Origin: Promethearchaeota archaeon
Lineage (GTDB): Archaea > Asgardarchaeota > Lokiarchaeia > Sigyniarchaeales > SOKP01
Reading direction: 5' to 3'
Assembly (NCBI GenBank): GCA_029838195.1
Contig: JALGVJ010000011.1
Span: 1 to 64,000, forward strand
DNA: 64,000 bases
The translations under genes and the position numbers were made by a program. Under the pieces are notes generated by a model. It saw only the letters and a program-made list of their open reading frames with translations. It was not told where the DNA came from and ran no database searches. Shown here one piece after another: positions 49,653 through 57,429 of this stretch (position 1 is its first letter; each line of letters opens with the position of its first letter).

Positions 49653-51687
49653 AAAAAAGCGTAACTAACTTTTCATATAAGAGAGATAAATACTGGAAAA
49701 TTTTTTCATATTTTTCACTACTGATAGAGATGGATTCTCCTTGAAGTAATTTTTTGTAGAGTGATTCCACGTACTTGATATTGGAAATCGGTGTCAAACG
49801 TTTTTTTAACATGTATTCTAATCCCATGAACGTTTCGGCAAGGTTCATAGTATCGATTTTTTCGGGAGCGATATAAGAGGGAGGCTGACTGCCGTTGAAA
49901 AATTTCTTGAATAATAATTTCATGAGTAATCCTAATGCCAACATCATGGTGCGAAAAGAGGGCTCATTCTCTCCTTGAGAAAAATATTTCTGACCCTGAC
50001 AAAAAATGGATTTAACTTCTTCTAATTTATCGTAAATATCAGTATTTTTTTCCCTCTCAGAATCCCTTTTTTCATGGACTTGCCGTGAGGTAGAAATACC
50101 ATTAGAAATGGGTATTTCATAATTTTTTAATTGAGATAAGCGTTCTTGTAATTGTTTTATTTTTTGATCAATAGAGTTCATGTGGAATCGGAGCGATCGT
50201 TCAAGTTCTAACAATGAAGGGACTTTTGGAACTTCAGATTTCTTAAGAATTTTTTGCTCTATTGGAGATGAATTTTCTTGTAAAGATGGAGAATGTTTTT
50301 CTTTGATTTGAGGAGAGAGAGCAGGCTCTTGTTTGATTTGGATGGGAGCGGATTCTTGAATGGATCCTTTTCCATTTGAGATGGTTTCATCAGCAAGATT
50401 AGAATCAGAATCTAAAGAATCAATATCAATGTGCTGAATTTCTAACTCAGGAAAAAAAGTTTTCATGTTATTTTCAAGATCATCTTTTTTAAGAAAAGAT
50501 TTTCTCTTTTCTTTTTCTTTTTTAACACGTTCACGTTTCTTATACGTTAATTCTTGAGGAAAATAATCCTCTTTTGGAGTAAAATTATTAAGATATGTCG
50601 AGCTTGATAGGGAAGTAAAAATGGAATCTATTTTATTTGGAGCAAGACCTAATGATTGTAAAAAAGAGTGAAGATCAAGCACGTGAGCTTCGCAAGGAAC
50701 AGATTTCAGCCATGTTCTTAAAAAATCTTCGGGCAATCCAAGTTTCCAATGATGTTGCCGCAAGTAGAGATATCGATTTTCGGGATTAATGAGAACCTTG
50801 TCTTCCAAATTTGCTGTATTTACATGTTCCAAACAGTATTCTTCCATGCAAGAAACGAACATTCGCTTGATAGTTGCTGGTAAATTTTTAAGGGCTCGAT
50901 ATTCCTCTCTATATTGCTGCAAAGGATCCTTTTTCTGAAGGAGTGGGTCACTTTTACTAATTTTTTCAATAGAAATGGAATCATCATCATTCAAAGAAGA
51001 AGCTTTTTTAAGAAGATGGCAAATACGGACATCATAAAAATGCTCCATAAACCTCAAGATTTTCTCTTGTTCATTCTCATCCTCATGGGATTTAGAAAGA
51101 AATTTTTGAATGCTTTTTATTGATTTTCCTTCATTTAACAAAATAAAAATCTGTCCTGCTAAATTTTTGATTTTTAAAAGATCATCCCGTAGGAGGTCAA
51201 GAGTCGGACACCTTTCAATTATTTTTTTTTCAAACGATAAATCTCTCGCAATAAAATCGTAATTTAAAAATTTTTTAGTCTTCTTATTATAAAGAATGAG
51301 AGGTTGTGAAGTAAGATTTTCAGAAGTGGCAGAAGAAGGAGATTGAATTGATGGAACAGCGAGTTTAGGGATAAGTTCTTTGGCATTTTCGCTGGTATTT
51401 AAGATGTAATGCAATGAAGGGTATTGCATGATTGCATAGATGTCTTTTAGATTTAGATTGTAGATGAGATAGAAATTGGGGATCGTGGAGTAGACATTCG
51501 CTTCTAAAATGTCATTCACGCTGGTTAGAGCCGTCGCATCGATGGGAATGAATGTATATCCTACGGTAAAAATCTCTAAAGCATTTAAGTATTTTAAGTC
51601 CACGTGGGGATAAATGAGCACGTTCCTCTGCTTGAAAAAAATTAAGTGTAGAAATTGGGCCGTGATGAAGTCGCTTTCCGTGTCCAT
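49651..51687 (-). CDS. Hypothetical protein
   Basis: 678-aa ORF with a low-complexity linker. Motif promoter at 51742-51757. Confidence 0.7.
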   Translation of the reverse strand: MDTESDFITAQFLHLIFFKQRNVLIYPHVDLKYLNALEIFTVGYTFIPIDATALTSVNDILEANVYSTIPNFYLIYNLNLKDIYAIMQYPSLHYILNTSENAKELIPKLAVPSIQSPSSATSENLTSQPLILYNKKTKKFLNYDFIARDLSFEKKIIERCPTLDLLRDDLLKIKNLAGQIFILLNEGKSIKSIQKFLSKSHEDENEQEKILRFMEHFYDVRICHLLKKASSLNDDDSISIEKISKSDPLLQKKDPLQQYREEYRALKNLPATIKRMFVSCMEEYCLEHVNTANLEDKVLINPENRYLYLRQHHWKLGLPEDFLRTWLKSVPCEAHVLDLHSFLQSLGLAPNKIDSIFTSLSSSTYLNNFTPKEDYFPQELTYKKRERVKKEKEKRKSFLKKDDLENNMKTFFPELEIQHIDIDSLDSDSNLADETISNGKGSIQESAPIQIKQEPALSPQIKEKHSPSLQENSSPIEQKILKKSEVPKVPSLLELERSLRFHMNSIDQKIKQLQERLSQLKNYEIPISNGISTSRQVHEKRDSEREKNTDIYDKLEEVKSIFCQGQKYFSQGENEPSFRTMMLALGLLMKLLFKKFFNGSQPPSYIAPEKIDTMNLAETFMGLEYMLKKRLTPISNIKYVESLYKKLLQGESISISSEKYEKIFQYLSLLYEKLVTLF

Positions 51688-51795
51688 GATAAAAATAATA
51701 TTTTGATATCTTAGTTCTTTTATCTTTAAAATTCAACGGATCTTTAAAAAGAAAAAATTTATTTTAGCTTCTAAGACTAATTTCTAAAATAATTT

Positions 51796-52896
51796 TTATA
51801 TTGATTTATTCGAGAAAATCTCATCTAATGTAAGCTGAACATGCTTGGATTTTTTTCTGAATGTTTCAAACGCAGAAATACAAGAATGATATTTATTAAT
51901 TAACTTATTTAAATTGTTTTCTACTCGAGCTTGATTGAGATGATGGTCTTTACAAAGAAAGGCACGCACTTTTTCTCTTATGGGAGCCGTCCAAGTGAAC
52001 GGTTCTTTTGGCGTGATTACTTCAGGAAAGAGAAAAATGTTCCGAACCTTAAAAATTATTTCAGGCGTGAGAGAGGAGAAATAATAATTTTTATTTCTTT
52101 CACGGTCAATGATATTTTCAAGTGTTTCATGAGCTTTTATTAATTTCAAGGCGGTTTTTGATCCAACATGTTTGATGCCCGGAAAATAATCCGTTTTTAA
52201 TAATAAGACTAAATCAATGAGTTGAAAGTAATTAATTCCCATTAATTTAAGGCTTTTCTTGAGGTCATATAACTTAGGCTCAATTTTTTGATAAACCCAT
52301 TTATTTTTGATCTTTCTTCTCATGGACTTTGTTAAATTCTGAATGACGTGAGGACTTCCGAACAAGAGCGAATCAAAATCTTGAGAGTTCATGTAATCCA
52401 CGAGATGACTTTTTACTAAATGAGCACATTGAGCTTCAGCGGAAGAAGGAGATTCAATATAAGGTACACCCAATAAACTTAATAAAATTTTAGATTCTTC
52501 TACAACGGAAGGCCATAAAAATTCCTTGCTCAATCCGATTTGACGAGCTGTTTTCCAATCCTTGTTTTTTAAGGCTTTTTCGTGCATGCGTTTCGCATAT
52601 CGGAAGTCATTGAGTTGATCTTTAGTAATGATGCGTTTTAACTCCGAGACTTTGCCATCAAAACAAAACACAGGAAGAATCCGCTTTGAATACAAGAATA
52701 AAATCTTGTATAAAATTCCATAAAGGTGATTGATGACTCGCTGCGTTCTGTCAATGAATAAGGAATCGGTATTCTTAGCAGTGAAATTTAACGTGCTAAA
52801 TAAAAAATTAGGAGTATCAATTGCAATGACTGTTCCTTCCAAGGAGGTGAGAGAAATAGGTTCAGCATGGAGTAGGTCAGCAATTTTCACTCCCAT
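51796..52896 (-). CDS. fen: Divergent FEN1/XPG-family flap nuclease with PIP box
   Basis: MGVKI, AIDTPN, FDGK, AEAQ, SQDFDSLLFG, TDYFPGI, QLTLDEIF. Confidence 0.88.
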   Translation of the reverse strand: MGVKIADLLHAEPISLTSLEGTVIAIDTPNFLFSTLNFTAKNTDSLFIDRTQRVINHLYGILYKILFLYSKRILPVFCFDGKVSELKRIITKDQLNDFRYAKRMHEKALKNKDWKTARQIGLSKEFLWPSVVEESKILLSLLGVPYIESPSSAEAQCAHLVKSHLVDYMNSQDFDSLLFGSPHVIQNLTKSMRRKIKNKWVYQKIEPKLYDLKKSLKLMGINYFQLIDLVLLLKTDYFPGIKHVGSKTALKLIKAHETLENIIDRERNKNYYFSSLTPEIIFKVRNIFLFPEVITPKEPFTWTAPIREKVRAFLCKDHHLNQARVENNLNKLINKYHSCISAFETFRKKSKHVQLTLDEIFSNKSI

Positions 52897-52988
52897 GACC
52901 TATCTGTTTTATCCTCATATTTAAAGAAAAAATCAGTATTAGGGAAAAATCATTTTTATTTAAATAAATTTAATGAGTAGTTAAGAGG

Positions 52989-53624
52989 ATGATGGAAAAT
53001 GTAAATTATATTGAAAAAAAATTTCATGAAAACAATGTTAATGGAAATTTTATAAACCTTGGTGCGACTGATTTCAACCAAGAAATAGATAAACATGATG
53101 TAATAAATGTTCTATTACGTTATTTCTCTATTCCTGTCCTTAGAGCTTCTTCTAACCGCATGAAAACAGCAATGGTATCATTTTTAGCTCGAATTCTTAA
53201 TAAAAATAAATCATGGATTCGTGATTCTATAAACGAATTTTTAGAAAACTGCCAATCGTTTAAAGAGATTCTAAAACAAGAATTAAAAAAGTTGAAATTG
53301 GACGGATGCTTCGACCCCATCGAAACGCACATTAACCTCTTGAATCGCTTTCTCGAACAACTTCATTCCTTTACAAATGCGTTCGATATGGAACGTGCCA
53401 AGATAAACATGTTAATCCTCATTGATAAATTAGACGCTAAATCTAAGTTCATGCCTCTTTTTAACCTAAACATTCATCTTGCTTTTTTGATATATATTAC
53501 CGATGTTAAGGATTACGAGGTTTTGAGAGCTAATATTTCTCCTCTTAAGTTAGAAAATATTTGCTACATGACAAATTGTAAAGAAAAACAATTGTTTCAA
53601 TTAAAGGCGATCCTTTCTCCTTAA
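52989..53624 (+). CDS. Paralog of 48982-49572 (cyclin/TFB-repeat-like C-terminus)
   Basis: 'LDAKSKFMP..HLAFLIYITD..LKLENICYMTNC' aligns with 'LDQKNYCP..QLALILFVTD..ILQVNIRNLCKT'. Confidence 0.6.
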   Translation: MMENVNYIEKKFHENNVNGNFINLGATDFNQEIDKHDVINVLLRYFSIPVLRASSNRMKTAMVSFLARILNKNKSWIRDSINEFLENCQSFKEILKQELKKLKLDGCFDPIETHINLLNRFLEQLHSFTNAFDMERAKINMLILIDKLDAKSKFMPLFNLNIHLAFLIYITDVKDYEVLRANISPLKLENICYMTNCKEKQLFQLKAILSP

Positions 53625-53652
53625 AGTCAATTAAAGGCGATCCTTTCTCCTT
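53597..53652 (+). repeat. 26-bp direct repeat duplicating the gene 3' end
   Basis: tcaattaaaggcgatcctttctcctt at 53597-53622 and 53627-53652. Confidence 0.9.
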
Positions 53653-53691
53653 GAAAAAACTCATTTTATCTAATTATATTTATTACTTAAA

Positions 53692-54447
53692 CTATGGCAA
53701 ATAAAAGGTAATGCCTTGATCAGTAATTTCAAATTTTAACGAAATCTTTTTCTCATTATAATGGATGATTAACCTTCTAAGCCTACCATGTGAATGAGCT
53801 TCCATGAGATGAGGTGGAAAAAGCTCAAGAGTCACTCCCTTTATCCTCTCAAATAAAGAGGAATAAAAAACATTATCCTGAGAAGTAGTCGGATTCGTAG
53901 AAAACTCATGAATGAGAAATACAAGAATATTTTTAAATGAACAATAAAATAAGAGAGGCACCAATTGCTTTTCAAAAAAATCATTAATAATAACTTCTCT
54001 TATATTCATGTCCTCTTCCATGGATAAACGCAATCGCAAGTGATGAGAGATGTTATCCACGACCATACATTTGAGATAAGGAATATTAGGCAAGTATTTT
54101 TCAAGAAGTCCTTGAAAAAGTAATTCTTGTTTTTCATATGAAAGGAGGACAGAACGAGCCGGAAAAATGAAAAAGCGCTCATGAAGGGATGAAGATTTAT
54201 TATTATAAAATATTTCTAATTGTTTGAGTCGCTTAACGGGAAAATGTTCGGAAGCTTGAATCCACGCGCACGCATGACGTGATCCGAGTAAATGATAGAC
54301 TAAATAGAGAACAAGATTAGTTTTTCCGCTTCCTGCTTTCCCCTTTACATGAATGACATTTTCTCTTTTTAAAATAAGAGAAATAATTTCCAAGAGGTCT
54401 TTTTCATTCAAAATCTTTAAACTTCTTTTTTCTTTTTTTCGAGCCAT
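53692..54447 (-). CDS. RadB/Rad51-paralog-like RecA-fold ATPase
   Basis: GKAGSGKT, WIQASEHFPVKRL, VVDNISHHLR, FEITDQGI; no N-terminal HhH. Confidence 0.8.
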   Translation of the reverse strand: MARKKEKRSLKILNEKDLLEIISLILKRENVIHVKGKAGSGKTNLVLYLVYHLLGSRHACAWIQASEHFPVKRLKQLEIFYNNKSSSLHERFFIFPARSVLLSYEKQELLFQGLLEKYLPNIPYLKCMVVDNISHHLRLRLSMEEDMNIREVIINDFFEKQLVPLLFYCSFKNILVFLIHEFSTNPTTSQDNVFYSSLFERIKGVTLELFPPHLMEAHSHGRLRRLIIHYNEKKISLKFEITDQGITFYLP

Positions 54448-54763
54448 TATTATTTTCTCTTAAAGCTTGTAAAACCCTTTTCTCAAGATTATCATGAGAT
54501 CTGTTAGGCAAGATAATAGTATTATCACGCTTGGAAGAATTGTTTTCCGCATTTTTAAGGTTCATGGCTAATAACATTAAGGGTAACCATTTATCCGTTC
54601 CATCAGAAGAATTTCCTTTTATTTTCAAGTGTTTTTTGTATTTCACGAACAGGAAATAGACGATAATGACGCACGTGATATAAATGACATATTGGGGATT
54701 GGTTTGAATGAACACGATTAAGAACATTATCAAGATTAGATAGAATAAACATTTAAATGTCAT
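54404..54763 (-). CDS. Small 2-TM membrane protein overlapping the RadB-like gene
   Basis: ATG 54763 has an AGGAGG SD; ATG 54805 abuts the promoter motif (54808-54822). Confidence 0.65.
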   Translation of the reverse strand: MTFKCLFYLILIMFLIVFIQTNPQYVIYITCVIIVYFLFVKYKKHLKIKGNSSDGTDKWLPLMLLAMNLKNAENNSSKRDNTIILPNRSHDNLEKRVLQALRENNNGSKKRKKKFKDFE

Positions 54764-55384
54764 TTTTTTGATACTACCTCCTGTATAGTATTTAAATACA
54801 TTCATTCTATATAAAGAAAAAAAGTTCTATCACGCAAATAGAAGAAAAAATACCCAATTGAACAATGTTTATTTTCTTATGAGAAATTGTATTAAAGAAA
54901 AGATTTTATAGAATTGGTTTAATTTAATATAGATCAATCAGTTTTTGGAAATATTTTTTATTCAATATGCCAAAAAAATGGAAAAAATAAAAGAAAATTA
55001 TTATTAAACCGTTTTCCTTAAGGATTCAAAAAAGCTCATATTATTAAAATTCTAATATTTCACGATGTCTTTCTACACCTAATATTTTGAGAGAAGAACC
55101 CAAATTCTCACCAAGATCATCAAATCAAGAAGAGAAGAATTACATTAAGAAGCCTAATTAATTCTGGATTTTGGAAGAGTGTATATTTATATTTAAGAAA
55201 TGAATTAATGATTAACACATTTAAAAGAATAGCTTTAATTTAAAAAATTTTGATCTCAAAACAAGCCCAAAAGTGATCAACACTTTTTGTGAGATTGATT
55301 TTTTGCTAAATATTGTTCATTTATTAGGACATTAAATGAAATAATTCCATCATAAATATAAAGGATATTAAAAATGAGGTCAAA

Positions 55385-55401
55385 ACCGTAAAGTTTAAAA
55401 G
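55385..55401 (+). promoter_or_regulatory. Canonical BRE-TATA promoter of the tfb paralog
   Basis: ACCGTAAAG-TTTAAAAG, i.e. a purine-rich BRE with no T-tract. Confidence 0.6.
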
Positions 55402-55459
55402 GCACACTCCCCCCAGTATATTTCCTTAAGAAAAAATGTAAAATGAGTTGTAATAAAAA

Positions 55460-56851
55460 ATGGCATCTAAAACTAATAAAAATTTGGTTTTTACGGAATT
55501 CTTAACTTGTGATATTTGTGGCTCGACTGATATTGTCGAAACAATGGAAGGTTATACCTGTAGAAATTGCGGTATTGTACTCAACATGCAACGTTTAGAA
55601 TATCACAGGCCATATAACGAAGCTTGTTTACAGCACGCACCTCTTAATTCAACCCAAATTGGAACTAAACAAGAACGCTTGAATCATACAAGATCTCCCC
55701 ATTTACAGAGATTAAATAAACTTCATTCTATTTCCTCGATATCAAATGAAAAATTTATAATTGAAACCGCCAGAAAAGAAATCTCTCGTCTTTTAGAGAT
55801 TCTTGGTTATTCTACTTCGGAGATGAATCAAGATATCTTGAAAAATGTTAAAACTATTTGGCAAAAAATAGAAAAAGGAACAAAATTTAGAAATGTTGAG
55901 AAATTAATCCCTGCCGTGATCTACGTTTATTTTAAGATTAAATGCCTCTTCATTAATTGGTCCAAACTTTTAGAGAATTCTAAACTCTCGAAAGAAGAAT
56001 TTCGCGCTGCTTTAATGACCGTCATTCGATTTCTAGACCATGAGGTGAGAATTGCTTATCTCAAGGGAACGAGAAAACGATATTGCGAGCGAAAAATTTT
56101 ACGAATAGCAGAAGAATTTGGTTTGGGAATGGACTTTTATCATCAAGCCGTGGCGCTCATGTATAAATTATGGAACATTATTCAAAATACGAAAGAAGAT
56201 GTCATCGTGGGAGTAACATGCAGTCTCATTGCTCTCACATCCGCTTATCGAGAGAAAATTTCTGTTTCTAAAATATGCTCTTATGTAGGCATTCAGATGT
56301 CCACTGTTCAAAGTCAGGTAAAAAAACGCATCATTGAGAGGTTCAAGATTCCCGGATTTATAAGTCTTGTTAAATCTGCAAACCTCATTGAAAAAATCTT
56401 AAAAAAATTGGGCATTTTAAAAGAAAAACTCACTCATCGGAGACAGAAAAAAATTCATGATGATGAGAAACAAGCTGAAGAGAAACAAGATATCAAAAGA
56501 AATTCGGAGATTAGTTTAGAAGAAGAGGAGAAGGATGCCATTAGAATAATTAAATCATTTGAATTAGAATTCATGGTTTCAAAAAATAATAACGCCAAAA
56601 AGGCATGTTATATTTTAAAGAGCAGTAATGGAAAACACGGATATTTATTGTTACTTGATGAAAACGATAAAAAACAAGGTCATTTTCAAGGCTTTAAAAA
56701 ACGATTTCAGAAAAAATCAATTAGATTAGTAAATCATCAAACAAAATTTTTTAATAATCCCTTGATACAAGTTAATGCGATTTTAAAATTTAAAACGGGT
56801 AAAGGACCTCCTGAAAAAGAACATATAATTTCATTTCACTTCATCAGATAA
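55460..56851 (+). CDS. tfb: Divergent transcription factor B (TFB/TFIIB) paralog with C-terminal extension
   Basis: CDICGS..YTCRNCG Zn ribbon; two cyclin repeats ('LIPAVIYVYFK', 'ISVSKICSYVGIQMSTVQSQVK'). Confidence 0.85.
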   Translation: MASKTNKNLVFTEFLTCDICGSTDIVETMEGYTCRNCGIVLNMQRLEYHRPYNEACLQHAPLNSTQIGTKQERLNHTRSPHLQRLNKLHSISSISNEKFIIETARKEISRLLEILGYSTSEMNQDILKNVKTIWQKIEKGTKFRNVEKLIPAVIYVYFKIKCLFINWSKLLENSKLSKEEFRAALMTVIRFLDHEVRIAYLKGTRKRYCERKILRIAEEFGLGMDFYHQAVALMYKLWNIIQNTKEDVIVGVTCSLIALTSAYREKISVSKICSYVGIQMSTVQSQVKKRIIERFKIPGFISLVKSANLIEKILKKLGILKEKLTHRRQKKIHDDEKQAEEKQDIKRNSEISLEEEEKDAIRIIKSFELEFMVSKNNNAKKACYILKSSNGKHGYLLLLDENDKKQGHFQGFKKRFQKKSIRLVNHQTKFFNNPLIQVNAILKFKTGKGPPEKEHIISFHFIR

Positions 56852-56872
56852 TAAATGAAGTGAACTTTTATT
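56835..56872 (+). terminator. Hairpin plus T-rich tail at the tfb 3' end
   Basis: TTCACTTCAT (56835-56844) / ATGAAGTGAA (56855-56864). Confidence 0.5.
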
Positions 56873-57029
56873 TCTCTCCTTCCCTCTATTCTTTCACTTT
56901 TTCTTTTTATTTTTATCTTTAATTTTTCTATTTTTTATTTTCTATTCTAAATTTTTATAACATGAAAAAAATAAATTTATAAACATGAATAATTATATTA
57001 AAATAAATATAAAATAAACTAAAAAACAA

Positions 57030-57168
57030 GATTCTCCTCCTAAACGAGAAACTTGGATTTTTGTCTTTTGGTTAGCATGCTAAGGCATGCTCTTTTGCGA
57101 CTTTCTTTTCTATTATATATTTTGATGGGCACTCTTGTTTGGCCCCTTAACCCGTTTAGGGGAGAATC
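57030..57168. other. Structured element with 16-bp terminal inverted repeat (candidate ncRNA or MITE)
   Basis: GATTCTCC(T)CCTAAACG / CGTTTAGGGGAGAATC; internal hairpin AGCATGC-taag-GCATGCT. Confidence 0.55.
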
Positions 57169-57319
57169 ATTCTTTTTTAGGAGCGTATAATTTTTAATAA
57201 TTATTTTAAATGATTATTAGGTAACCATCAACTTTCAAATGATTTTTTTAAAAGAAATATCGGGAACTATTTTTTTAACTATTTTTTATTTAAATATGAT
57301 TGATGATCTTATTTTATTG

Positions 57320-57404
57320 CTAATCAAAAAGTATTCCTAAAAACAGAAGGGAGGTGATGGACTCGAAACGTGCTGGGAATATTTTTTGGGCTTCTTTTTT
57401 TTTT
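57320..57404 (+). ncRNA. Candidate small RNA behind a motif promoter
   Basis: Promoter motif at 57282-57296; 15-bp stem 57325-57339/57374-57388 with two G:U pairs; T-run follows. Confidence 0.4.
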
Positions 57405-57429
57405 ATTATTGTTATATCTTGTTGCCACT

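Noticed and set aside
56797-56812. GKGPP near the TFB C-terminus as an RAPP/RGPP-like ribosome-arrest motif
   Set aside because: Single occurrence, Lys instead of Arg, and no downstream gene to regulate; unsupported without orthologs.
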